A stretch of 64,000 nucleotides of DNA from Oopsacas minuta (Eukaryota > Animalia > Porifera), in NCBI GenBank assembly GCA_024704765.1, contig JAKMXF010000022.1, forward strand, positions 759,055-823,054, given 5' to 3'. Shown here one piece after another: positions 35,901 through 46,996 of the stretch. Each line of letters begins with the position of its first letter. Position 1 is the first letter of the stretch. The notes under the pieces were generated by a model. The model ran no database searches, was not told the DNA's origin, and worked only from the letters and a program-made list of their open reading frames with translations. The translations under genes and the position numbers were made by a program.

Positions 35901-37617
35901 AGCTGAATACGCTTCATTCAGGATTGTAAACCATGTATTTACTCGTATGGGAAGTTGTGACGACATAGAGACCAACACATCTACATTCAGTCAAGAGATG
36001 AAAGAAGTAAACTATATTATTCAAAATGTAACTGATCAATCCCTGGTGCTAATTGATGAATTAGGGAGAGGCACGAGTAGCCTAGAGGGGGTAGGACTAT
36101 GTCATGCTGTATGTGAGAAACTTTTGACTACCCGTGCTAGTGTATTTCTGGTTACTCATTATCCAGAGCTGACTGAGCTAGCTACATTATACCCAGCTGT
36201 AGACAATTACTTCTTTCAGGTATATTCTTCGGGCCACTGTAATAATGTTAAATTTGTGTGATTCTTAGTAAATGTGATAGACTTAAACATGGTGATAATC
36301 ATATACGTACATCTAAGGATCCGTTGCATACTACGTATATCTTCGATTTATATTGAAATATTTATGTGATTTGGTATTGCAGCGAAATTTTTACAGTTGG
36401 TTGGGCGGGAACTTCGGAATACAGAACTTACAACTGACCTCTTTTCATAGCACTATGGATGGCGAGTAGTTTGCAATAGTTTCGAATATATGGTCCAAAC
36501 ACGTTAATTATTTCAGATATGTCCCTTAGATGTATTACCAACATATATAAATATGGTAACCACCAGTTGCGTTAGAGTTAGCACAACTGTATTATTCATA
36601 AATAGGAAGTCGCCTATTGCGGATACACTAGTGTCAAAAGAAAGGTCTATCATCAATATTTCTCCAGATATGAATAGAATCTGTTCATGTACAATTGCAT
36701 AGCAACAGAGGAATTTGTCAGCATTCCATCAAAATTCCCACCTTTTTACGAAACAACTATATGACATCATCATACCATGTAAATATCCAAGATCTAACTT
36801 ACTTACTACATGGATAAAAACACACTCAAGACCTCTCCAAAATCATGCAAAACAGATTGTTAGGTAGTCAGACAATGACATAGCATTTTTTGAGGATACA
36901 AGCGTGTACGCGGTTACCATATTTATATGTGATGGTAATACATTTATGGGCATATCTTAAATGGTTAACTTGTTTGGACAATGCAAAAATGCAATTCCAA
37001 CAATCGCCTTGTAATATCCAGTTAGTTTAATAACTATTTAATACAGTTGAACTATGTTAGTACGTTTACGTACCATGGATAAAAGTCTACCTCCAAAATT
37101 TCTGAAAAAGATCATTACATCATAGATGCGTTTCTATGTAGATTGAACTTTGTTAAGGCTTCCTTCCGGTTAATACTACTACATACTGAAGTACTTGTAC
37201 GTACTTTCTACGGGTTTCAGAGGGTACATATTAACTGAGTTCTACTGTATTTATTCATCTCCCCTTCAGGTACAGCATTCTCTTTCTGACTCAAAGGGCT
37301 CCAGTTCTATTATTAGTACACATGTACTTAGCAAAGGGAAATGTGAAGAGAGGTTTTACGGCCTCAAACTAGCAGAAATTACTTGTATTCCTCAAGATAT
37401 AATCTCTGAAGCGAGAAAAATCGCAGAAATGATAAGTTTAAGACAAAGGATGAGTCGAGAGAAAACAACTCATGCTCATGAAGAAACCATGATTTATCGT
37501 CTGGCTCATAAATTAATGCAAGCAGCTTCGAACTCTAAATTAGACAAAAATACTCTTCGTTCTTATTTGGAGAGTTTAAAGGAGAGTTATTTGGCTGAAC
37601 TACAATCTCTGAATTAG
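32951..37617 (+). CDS. MSH4: MutS homolog 4 (7 exons: 32951-33165, 33223-33478, 33752-34314, 34385-34613, 34865-35285, 35603-36219, 37270-37617; about 882 aa)
   Basis: ALVEGRG...GQIGMAS, RTQKCFAVK, Walker A GPNMSGKSTY, DELGRGTS. The summed exon phases are mutually consistent. Confidence 0.95.
34786..34846. mobile_element. Tc1/mariner-like MITE fragment in MSH4 intron 4
   Basis: Reverse complement of the 15205-15261 sequence; ends ...ccactg-ta. Confidence 0.6.
35345..35577. mobile_element. Nested TA-flanked Tc1/mariner-like MITEs in MSH4 intron 5
   Basis: ta-cagtcgag at 35345, ta-cagtcgaacc at 35430 and gtttcgactg-ta ending at 35577. Confidence 0.65.
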
Positions 37618-38375
37618 CTCATAATTACTTGAATTCTTTCTCCAACATTTCGGGGTATTTTGAGCTCGTTAATAGAAACTTAATTAATTCATACATATAA
37701 TATTAAAATTTCTTTTAATCGTTACGATAAATTTCCAAAATTTCCTTGTGAACGTTTCAAAGAAGTGTTTTAAAGGTATTTACATTGTGTTTGTTAAGTG
37801 TGACCTCATTTCTACAACAGCTTGTTAATATTGTACTGAGGCCTCAAAGAGAATTTTATCACCTTAGGGCCTTATGGTTTATTCATTTACTCAGAAATTA
37901 TGTTGTAGAGATTATACGTACTCTTCTATTAGCCCTTATTTAACAATTCGCATTTATAAGTACATATTAACATTACTGTATATTTAATTATTACTCAAAT
38001 AATTGGTTTGCTTGCTGATAATATTTTGCTTGTTTACTTACTTGAATATATTATTGTTTCTTTCAATTATATTTAGCTGTATATACACTTTTAATATTCA
38101 TCTGTGCTAGAAATTTAAATGAGGTGGAAATACAATGAATAATAATAAGTTTGAAGTTTACTCTGACTATATTTATGCATTTTTCTAACTTGTGGATGTT
38201 AATATGCAACTCTAATAGTCCCGTATTTGTATGTAATACGTTCATACTCATCGATTGCTGAGACCTACTTCTACAAGTTTTGTTTCGTATTGGAATTAAA
38301 TTTAATAGTATATAAACAGATTTTATGCAAAGTTTCGAATATTTGTTGATAGATTAATTTGTTTCCAAATTTATT

Positions 38376-41015
38376 ATGAACTCACAAGAAAAGGAAAAAG
38401 TCAATTCAAGACCGACTTCAGACGGTGCTTCTCAATTACAGAAGCCTTTAGGAACAAAACTTCAGCTACCCCCATATTTAAATAGACCCCCTTCCGCTCT
38501 CCCTGCCCTCTCAAGATACTCAGATGATTCCCTCTCTCTAAATGCTCCTACTATCCAGCGTCCCTCATCAGCTCTCAAGGCTCCCACCAACACTTCCCGT
38601 ATTATAAACACCCCCACTAACCAGCCTCCGACCACCGTTACCAAGCCCCCAGTCCCCAAACCCGCGCCCTCTCAACCTACTACACTGCAATCAATTCTCA
38701 CACAAACTAACAAAGACATTCAGCTAGGCATGCGTGTGCTTTGTTTGAACAAACACAAAGGAAAAGTCTCTTATATCGGTAAACCTTCCTTCTCAGAAGG
38801 TCAGTGGTATGGTATAGCATTAGATGAACCAAATGGTAAGAATAACGGAAGCGTACAGGGTACTTCGTATTTTGAATGTGAACCTAATTACGGATTGTTT
38901 GTACGTCAACACCAGATTCTACCGCTATCTACTCCTGGTACTAATTCCCTCCCACAAAATGGAGTGTTACAAATACAGTTACAAAAGACTCCGGTTGTTA
39001 CTCGTGGAGTGTCTCAGCTACAACAGCCAAGCCGCTCCACACCCACAGGGGATAGACCCCCTTCAGCTAATTCTGTAGCTCCTAAACTAGCCTATAACAT
39101 TGGAGACCGAGTTATGGTAGGGGGCAAGAAGGGAACCGTACGGTACATCGGACGCACTCAGTTTGCCAAAGGATTATGGACAGGTGTTGAGCTTGAGAGT
39201 CCTGACGGTAAGAATAACGGTAGTATTGATGGAATGAAATATTTCACTTGTGCCCCTAAGCATGGTCTCTTCTCCCCAGCTGGTAAGGTCGTGGCTATCC
39301 CAGCTTCTCTGCCTGGCTTAAATACTCCTACACAACCTCCAGTAAAGCGTACACCTCCCAGTCTCAATTCTCTCAGCAGCAGCGGATCTGCGAAACAAAT
39401 CGCGATTAGAGAGAGGCCGAACTCCCGCAGCAGCTCATCTAGTCTCAACAGTACGGACAGGACTAAGCGGGCAGATTCAGACATGGAGCTGGAAGGTCAG
39501 ATAAGCGGTCTAATCGATCGACTGGAGATGGTGAGTAGTGAGAAAGCTTCTTTAGAAGACAGGTTGGCTGAAGAGAAGAGTACTAGAGAATATCTGCAGT
39601 TCTCTCTAGACGAGCATGCTGTTAGTCTAGATCTAGAGGGTCCGCGTACCCCTGGGATCCTACGTGAGACGAAACAGGAAGTTGAGATCCTACACGGCAC
39701 CATCCGTAAGCTACAGCAGGGACTAGCTAAGTCCTACGCTCAGATAAGTAACTATACTAGTGAGATGGAAGAGTTGAAGGAGAGTTTAGACAGGGAGAGG
39801 AAGTATAGCACTCAGCTGGAGAAAGAGAAGGAGACTACTATATCTTCAGATAGAGAGACTAGTAGCAGTAATGTCGAGGATGAGGAAGTAAGCAGAGAGA
39901 AAAAAGATTTGTTAGCATCTCTGTCTGAGAGAGATCTGGCCTTACAGACTCAATCAGCAGTTAAGAAAGAGTTAGAAGAGATAGTGCAGCGTCTTGAGAG
40001 AGAATTGAGCGAAAAGACAGAACAGCAGGAAAGTTTGGAGCAAGAATACAGAGAAGCAAGAATAAGTTTTGAAAACGAAAAAAGAAAATCCCTAACAAGA
40101 GTTGATAGTGTAGAACAACAGAAAATCTCTTTACAAGCTGAACTTTCTTCTCTAAAAGTTGCTCTCACGACTGCTACGGAAGAAGTAGAAGACAAAGATT
40201 CTAAATTGGTTACACTTAACAGACATTTGAGTAGTAAGGATTCTGAGATTGAAAACATGAGGTCACAGATAGATCAAGCTGCAGAAGAATTCCATATTGA
40301 ACGAGAGGATCTACAGGCTCCAATCACAGAGCTTCAGGAGAAGAATTCTAGACTAGAGAAAGAGCTGGCTAAAATCAAGTGTGATAAGAGAAGATCAGAT
40401 TCGATATCTGCTGATTTAGAAAAGTATAAACGAAGATGTGAAGAATTAGAACAATCTTTGAAGATAAGTGAAGAAGAGAGAAGAAAGGCTAGAGACACTG
40501 TGTTAAAAAAAGAAGAGGAGTATTACAGTCTACAGGAGGAGCTTACTAGTACTCAGCTACTCCTTAAACAGAAAGGAGAAGAGAATACACAACAGTGTGT
40601 CATGCTTAGAGAGTTAGAAGAATCTAACCAGCGTAAAAACTCAAGATTAGCTCTGATGGAACAGAATTATTTACAAAATGGCGAATTGCCTAACCAAATT
40701 GGAGACGAAACTATTGAAGACCCTCTTGATACTCAGCACTTTAGATTAGATGACTTAGATCTAGGTACTACACCAGATGAGTCTCTTATAGACTCCCCTA
40801 CTAATCCTTGGAGCCACCAGCCTTCTAGAATGTACTGCGATATTTGCGAAAAGTTTGACTCACACGAAACCGAAGATTGCCCTATCCAGGATGATAATAA
40901 TGATTCTCAAGAAGAATTTCAAACTCCCAAACTAGCTGGTTACTCAGATCGAGATTATTGCGATGTTTGTGAAGTCTTTGGACACAGCACTTGTGATTCC
41001 CAGGAAACTTTCTAA
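38376..41015 (+). CDS. CLIP1: CAP-Gly domain linker protein, CLIP-170-like (879 aa, intronless)
   Basis: Two CAP-Gly domains (GKNNGSV, GKNNGSI), long coiled coil, two C-terminal zinc knuckles (YCDICE...H) and C-terminal ETF. Confidence 0.93.
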   Translation: MNSQEKEKVNSRPTSDGASQLQKPLGTKLQLPPYLNRPPSALPALSRYSDDSLSLNAPTIQRPSSALKAPTNTSRIINTPTNQPPTTVTKPPVPKPAPSQPTTLQSILTQTNKDIQLGMRVLCLNKHKGKVSYIGKPSFSEGQWYGIALDEPNGKNNGSVQGTSYFECEPNYGLFVRQHQILPLSTPGTNSLPQNGVLQIQLQKTPVVTRGVSQLQQPSRSTPTGDRPPSANSVAPKLAYNIGDRVMVGGKKGTVRYIGRTQFAKGLWTGVELESPDGKNNGSIDGMKYFTCAPKHGLFSPAGKVVAIPASLPGLNTPTQPPVKRTPPSLNSLSSSGSAKQIAIRERPNSRSSSSSLNSTDRTKRADSDMELEGQISGLIDRLEMVSSEKASLEDRLAEEKSTREYLQFSLDEHAVSLDLEGPRTPGILRETKQEVEILHGTIRKLQQGLAKSYAQISNYTSEMEELKESLDRERKYSTQLEKEKETTISSDRETSSSNVEDEEVSREKKDLLASLSERDLALQTQSAVKKELEEIVQRLERELSEKTEQQESLEQEYREARISFENEKRKSLTRVDSVEQQKISLQAELSSLKVALTTATEEVEDKDSKLVTLNRHLSSKDSEIENMRSQIDQAAEEFHIEREDLQAPITELQEKNSRLEKELAKIKCDKRRSDSISADLEKYKRRCEELEQSLKISEEERRKARDTVLKKEEEYYSLQEELTSTQLLLKQKGEENTQQCVMLRELEESNQRKNSRLALMEQNYLQNGELPNQIGDETIEDPLDTQHFRLDDLDLGTTPDESLIDSPTNPWSHQPSRMYCDICEKFDSHETEDCPIQDDNNDSQEEFQTPKLAGYSDRDYCDVCEVFGHSTCDSQETF

Positions 41016-41324
41016 TCTCTGCTTTCACATAACATATATCAGATGTTGTATTCTAGCACACTTAGCCCCATTCTATAGATAGACCTTAATCAGTGAAGTA
41101 GCATTTTCTACACAAAACTAACCCGTGTCGATTGCTAGAACTATTATTGTTTTGTATATGTCCGTGTTTACTATACTTATGTATAAAGCAGTCTCAAAAT
41201 TCATTTTGTTGATTGTAATTCTGATTAATTTATTCTACATAAATTAAATTATAAGTAAACAATCAACAGAAGAACAGTAAGCTTTGGAAATGTACTAAAT
41301 ATATCAAACTCCTAGACCCATAAT

Positions 41325-41534
41325 TTAATCATTGAGTGCTGTCGATCCAATAACTGATGCAGCATTTCCACGCTGAATAGCAACGCTGACTCTTTGAATT
41401 AAGAAGTGGGAAGACTGAAGTTCCCCCGTGAGTTGTATTCTGTTACTTAAATCTTTGAAGAAAGCAATTGCTTCTTGGTCAAATACGCCTGAAGTCTCGA
41501 TGGTGATCTGAATAAAATAGTGGCTGGACGAGAG
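41325..41534 (-). mobile_element. 3' fragment of a non-LTR retrotransposon with restriction-like endonuclease (CRE-clade-like)
   Basis: Own translation of the minus strand: HYFIQITIETSGVFDQEAIAFFKDLSNRIQLTGELQSSHFLIQRVSVAIQRGNAASVIGSTALND*. This matches the typical RLE C-terminus (iETsG...QR.SVA.QRGNAA). Confidence 0.8.
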
Positions 41535-41936
41535 AGAGGAATATTTTTGGTTTTCTTATTTTCTAAATTAAATATATACTATTATTTAATAGTTTATATT
41601 CTATAAATTACGTAAAACACCGACAAAGGTTAGTCGAAATTTTACATATACTGTGCAGCCATCTGTACCTATCATTCCATCACCAGAGATAACTGCCTCG
41701 TACAAACCACGAAAGCTTTCCTATCCTAAATCACCCTACTACAGACACAAAAAATATATGCGAACCGTTTTCCATAGGATGGTGCTTATATCCTGCATCA
41801 ACTGTATAAGTATGAGAATTTTGTAATCAGAAAATTTAACATTTCAATCACACAATTATCAATAATAATTAGATAATTAATTTTGATTCTAGCAGTAAGG
41901 AATTTGCTGCATTAATTAATTAGGAGTATCTGAGTA

Positions 41937-43058
41937 TCAGCTGTCTTTTAATAACGGTTCTCTTATAGATCTTCTCTCTATATGATATCTGAATACTCTC
42001 CTTCTACGTTCTCTCTGTACAATAAATGCATAGCCTAAGTATGATAGCAATAACCCAATGTTAAACAGAGTCCCTAGCATAAACTGCACATATACAGATG
42101 CTATTCCAGACATTTCATAGGGTTTTCTTAAAAACTCTATTTCATATGTGATACCGTATGTTAGCCGAAACCAACATTGGTTCTCTAGAACACTCCCAAT
42201 TAGAGAAACTATTATTGTCTCTAGATTTTGACCTAAGACATGAAATCCGTAACTTATCAGTAGCACTCTTGTGAAGAGCCTAAATATACGAATATTCCTC
42301 CTTTCTTTTCCCTTGTGTTGGAGTTCTTCTTCATTGCCATGAAATATCAGCTCTGTATAACGCTTTTTAATAATTTTGTAGAGTTTCAACGTCAAATAAA
42401 TGAGCAGAAAATAATCAATTGTAAAACAAACAATATAAATTGTTTGTGAGATTAGATAAGTTTCAATGATTGGGTTTAGGATTAGAATCAATGTGCATGT
42501 TATAATACTGAATGCTAAGTACCCGTATAAGTATTTCTTTCTCTTATCATTCCTGTAGATGTTAATTAGGAAAAGATTCAAGAAGCAGAGCAGTGATATG
42601 ACAAATAAGTTACTGGAAATAAATATAGTAATGACAATATTATAACCATACCCTCTTGTAAATACTCTATACAATGATGTCCCAGCTACTAGTGTACAAT
42701 TATCCTTCATGCGGCCAGTGTTATTGTTTATAGTGGTTATATTGTTGTTTTGATGTTGCAGAGAATCGAGAATTATTATATTAACCATGCAGAAAACTCG
42801 CATCATTATCTCAAAAACTATAATGGCAAGTACTATTCTATCTCTGGTGTATGATGTTTGTTCGTTTCTAATTTGACTTATGTTGAGTGTAGTAGTACCT
42901 TCTTTTCTCAATCTTTTGAGTTTTGCTCTCCTTTTGATTAAACTGTCAATGACTATGTATGCCATAATGATCGAGCCGAGGAAAATTAATATCAGAAACA
43001 CCAGATTCACAGTATAGAAAAATAAATTTAAATAAAAGTATATGGTAGTGGTAGCCAT
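41937..43058 (-). CDS. Orphan seven-transmembrane (GPCR-like topology) protein, about 373 aa
   Basis: Seven hydrophobic segments by eye, N-glycosylated loop (NNNIT, NNNT, DNCT), basic intracellular loops and a C-tail. Likely start MATTT at 43058, after ttcag. No rhodopsin-family DRY/NPxxY motifs. Confidence 0.7.
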   Translation of the reverse strand: MATTTIYFYLNLFFYTVNLVFLILIFLGSIIMAYIVIDSLIKRRAKLKRLRKEGTTTLNISQIRNEQTSYTRDRIVLAIIVFEIMMRVFCMVNIIILDSLQHQNNNITTINNNTGRMKDNCTLVAGTSLYRVFTRGYGYNIVITIFISSNLFVISLLCFLNLFLINIYRNDKRKKYLYGYLAFSIITCTLILILNPIIETYLISQTIYIVCFTIDYFLLIYLTLKLYKIIKKRYTELIFHGNEEELQHKGKERRNIRIFRLFTRVLLISYGFHVLGQNLETIIVSLIGSVLENQCWFRLTYGITYEIEFLRKPYEMSGIASVYVQFMLGTLFNIGLLLSYLGYAFIVQRERRRRVFRYHIERRSIREPLLKDS

Positions 43059-43569
43059 AATTATCTGAATTTCAAAATTTGTTGGCGAAGTTAGCCCCTG
43101 TATATTTATATATACAGTTACAGTAAGGTAAGTATTGAATGTTAGGCAATACCACTTCATACGTAAGATTATCTTACTAATGTCAGTTGGGATTTTATTT
43201 TTGATCATACGCACATGATATTTATTTCATTCCTAAGATTCAATCCACGTGGATGAATAAACGTAAATATTGCTATATCATAATACTAGGGGGAGGTAGC
43301 CCTACAGTCAAAGTCTATTGTATCATATGTTATGTTTAGAGTTGAATCTCCTAAATCATTTCTTAATATTAGTAATAAGTTACTAATAATTAATAATTTT
43401 ATCACATTGTGTAGTAAGGTCAAATAAGATATTTATTTCATAGTCAGTTCTGCAGGCTCGCACTAGTACATTTAGTTTTGAATGATCTGTTGTATTTTTA
43501 GCATTTCCTGTAATGATTAACCACTCATTTCAAATTATCAGGTGCTATCTTTTAGCTTTTGTTGTCAGC

Positions 43570-44770
43570 ATGACTCTAGACTCAGAATTTCCAGGACAGA
43601 AACAATTCATGAAGCTTGACATTCATAACCACATCCTCCCTGAGAGATGGCCTGATTTGAAGGAAAAATATGGCTACGGAGGTTGGATACAACTACAGCA
43701 TCATTGCAAGGGAAGAGCTAACATGATCAGAGATGGTAAACTATTCCGAGTGATAGAGGATAATTGTTATTGTCCACAGAGAAGAATGCGAGATATGGAT
43801 GAGACTGGAGTAACTGTACAGGCATTGAGCACTGTACCAGTTATGTTCAGTTATTGGGCTAAACCAGAAGATACACTGGATCTGTCTCGTATTCTAAATG
43901 ATAACATTGCCAAGACTGTAGCTGAGAATCCCCGTAGGTTTGTTGGGCTGGGTACCCTCCCCATGCAGGCCCCTGAACTGGCAGTGGAGGAGATGAAGAG
44001 GTGTGTCAGCACACTAAAGTTCCCTGGCTTTCAAGTAACAATACATAACTATTGTATTATTTGGTAACTAAGTAGTAATTATAAATTTTTTCGTTTAGAT
44101 TGGGTCTCATGTCGGAGAATGGAATCTTGACGCGCCAGAACTTCGCCCCGTGTTCGCCACAGCCCAAGACCTTGATGTGTCTATTATGATCCATCCATGG
44201 GACATGTCGCAGAGCGGACGTATGTCCAAATACTGGTTGCCGTGGTTGGTGGAAATGCCATTCGAAACCACCCAAGCGATTTGCTGTATCCTCATGGGAG
44301 GGATCCTGGAGCAGTTCCCAAGACTAAGACTCTGCTTTGCTCATGGCGCTGGTTACTTCCCGTACACCATTGGTAGAATTGACCATGGATACAATGTACG
44401 TCCTGATCTATGCGCTACAGACTGTGCTTACAATCCTAAGAAATATGTAGGACAATTATATGCTGATTCTCTTGTACATGATTCAAGAGCATTGAGATTA
44501 CTGGTTGAGGTGATGGGAGAGCAAAATGTGATTCTGGGGAGTGACTACCCCTTCCCTCTAGGAGAACATCACCCAGGCAAACTTATAGACTCTATGGACA
44601 CCTGGAGTGATGAATTGAAACAAATGCTGCTTGCAGACAACGGTCTATCTTTCCTAAAATTGGACAAGAGTAATTTTGAGAATGAGCCAGTTCATATAGA
44701 TATCCCTGATGAGACTCAAGCTACCTGTAGCCCAGTAGCTAAGGAAATCACTGTACCAAATAACTGCTAA
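43570..44770 (+). CDS. ACMSD: 2-amino-3-carboxymuconate-6-semialdehyde decarboxylase (2 exons: 43570-44034, 44099-44770)
   Basis: [60 protein letters not shown]. One 64-bp GT-AG intron. Confidence 0.97.
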
Positions 44771-45140
44771 CTAATACTTACACTAAGACTACGAATCCGA
44801 TATTACCAGTCATGTCACTTCGTTAATTTTACTACTCCGTAAGTACTAAGTACGTATTAGTTTCATTTCATTGTTACAAAACTTTGAATTATTTTTACTA
44901 TCACTTATCAATTTTTGATTCCTTTATTGACAATTTTTCTAGTTTGATTCTATATAACTAATTCTATATAACGCGAGCTGGCTAATATAATATCGATAAA
45001 TCTGGTGGGAGCGTTTGAGCTAAAACCTTGCGTTAACGAGAGGCCGAGACCTTCGCCTATGATCAAAATGTAAATAAATATTACAATTCTATTATCTCAC
45101 TTATATAAATTCTAAGAAATAATAGTCAATTACATTCAAT

Positions 45141-45719
45141 TTAATTTTTGCACGTTTTGATTGCTTCAATGATAACTGTCACTATCGCATCAACAGCTGC
45201 CATAGCCCCTAATCCTACATCTCCACAAGCTAGTTTCTTCTCCACGCAAGGTACCACGGTATATCCCCACCCTAACACAACATCAAGTTGTTGCTTAGTT
45301 ATAGGATGAGCCCACATGAATGTATTCATAGCTGGACACACTATAATAGGTTTAGTAAAGTCCCATGCTCTTGCCACACAACTGACCAGATTGTCAGAAG
45401 CTCCGTTTGACACTTTTGACAATGTGTTAGCGTCAAGTGGAGCGACCACCATGAGATCTGCCCATTTCTTAAGTTCTATGTGTAACACTGGGTCTCCTAT
45501 CTTTTTCCACTGACTCCATTCATCTTTGTCTGTCAGAGTTTGTACACTAACTATTGAAGTGTCGAAGAAATGCATTGAATTCTCTGTTGCTATCAGTTTT
45601 ATACAGCACTCCTTTTGTGGGAATACTAATGGTATTCTAAGTGATAGCTGTTGTATTAATTCTGGTATTTTGATAGCTGCTACACTCCCTGTTGCAGCTA
45701 CTAAAATGTTTATAGACAT
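45141..45719 (-). CDS. PPCDC: Phosphopantothenoylcysteine decarboxylase
   Basis: TGSVAAIK, LHIELKKWAD, APLDANTL, PAMNTFMW, KKLACGDVGLGAM. Confidence 0.97.
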   Translation of the reverse strand: MSINILVAATGSVAAIKIPELIQQLSLRIPLVFPQKECCIKLIATENSMHFFDTSIVSVQTLTDKDEWSQWKKIGDPVLHIELKKWADLMVVAPLDANTLSKVSNGASDNLVSCVARAWDFTKPIIVCPAMNTFMWAHPITKQQLDVVLGWGYTVVPCVEKKLACGDVGLGAMAAVDAIVTVIIEAIKTCKN

Positions 45720-46106
45720 CAGTGCTGCGAAATATGCTATTTAATGTACCTATTATAAGAGGCGAGTATGACTCAATTTTTAGGGTCGAAAATATATCTT
45801 AAACACACTCATAATTTTTTAAGATTATAATGATACGTACACATATATTGTAACATATACCCTGATGCAACAGTGTATTGTTTTCAAGAAATGAATTCAC
45901 TATGTAGTAAATTATTTCTGAACCTGTCTTCAGCACTGAAATATTATTCACTAACATACCAAGAATTATTCTTCAATTATTCTAAGTAAATTTCTAAGAA
46001 AATTAATTTGGTCCAACGTAACTTAATGTTTCCCAAATGCAATGTATTTGAATAATTCATATTGTGGTTTATACATGGTATAGATTGTGACATAAATCCA
46101 ACTAGC

Positions 46107-46856
46107 ATGTGGTCTGAAATATCATCTCAAGATTTACCTTACCCCTCTCGTAACAGATGTAGTAACACATATCAAGCTCCTTATTGGAAAACCTTCACAG
46201 CTCAGGACACTACTCTACACTCCAAGAGCTCATCTCCTATTTCTGCTCCTCGTGTCATCAGGTCTGATAGTGTAGCATCTGTTAACAGAGTATCTTGTTC
46301 TATTTCACCTCTACAGTCACTTCCCTACCCAACTCGTGTGAAGAGTAATGACTTACCTTCATATCTCAGTACTTATGAGCTGACATCTGTCTCTGATAAC
46401 AAGGTCAAGAATCAACAGCTGTTGAGCTTGAAGAGTTTATACAGAAATCCTGATCAAATGCATTCTCTTCCAAAATGTCCTAATCAACATTACGAGTTAT
46501 CTCCTTCCTCTCCTACCTCTCCTACCTCTCCTTCTAGACTCACTGTCTCTACGAATAATCCCTGTACCCCTCTGTTATCTACTGCACTTTGTGCTACACC
46601 ATCGTCTCTATACATTGACGTACAACAACTATTAGCTCCCTCCAAAACAACGTTACCTGAATTATACACCATGGATACTAATATGAGGAGAATACGATTT
46701 GTCCGTTCCTCCCTGAACATACCACTTTACGACCTGCAACTCAGACGCGAAGTTCACACCCCTACTCCCCAGATGAAGAGGCACATGGGTTCACTCAAAG
46801 TTCAAGGTCTAAACCGAACATTTTGTAGAAATTCCAAGAACGAGAGACGAGTGTAG
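46107..46856 (+). CDS. Orphan Ser/Pro/Thr-rich protein (about 249 aa)
   Basis: Long open frame with codon usage like neighbouring genes (tct/cct/act). First ATG at 46107, after ctag. No recognisable domain. Confidence 0.6.
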   Translation: MWSEISSQDLPYPSRNRCSNTYQAPYWKTFTAQDTTLHSKSSSPISAPRVIRSDSVASVNRVSCSISPLQSLPYPTRVKSNDLPSYLSTYELTSVSDNKVKNQQLLSLKSLYRNPDQMHSLPKCPNQHYELSPSSPTSPTSPSRLTVSTNNPCTPLLSTALCATPSSLYIDVQQLLAPSKTTLPELYTMDTNMRRIRFVRSSLNIPLYDLQLRREVHTPTPQMKRHMGSLKVQGLNRTFCRNSKNERRV

Positions 46857-46996
46857 ATTTTGAACTCTTGTTATAAATACCCACACACATACACTTATCA
46901 CTGTTTATGGTTCTATAATTAATATTTAATATTTTTATCACTTTAACATGCTCTTAAAAAACTATAATTTTATTTCTATCTAACAGAGCAAATTTC

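Noticed and set aside
41640-41800. Splice-bounded coding-like segment on the minus strand (GLYEAVISGDGMIGTDG)
   Set aside because: Contains stops in all frames and cannot be linked to a gene.
43059-43214. 52-codon N-terminal extension of the 7TM ORF
   Set aside because: AT-rich and lies upstream of an acceptor-like ttcag; MATTT at 43058 is the more plausible start.
43570-45719. ACMSD and PPCDC as a cofactor-metabolism cluster
   Set aside because: Convergent orientation and unrelated pathways (NAD/tryptophan versus CoA); adjacency is probably chance.
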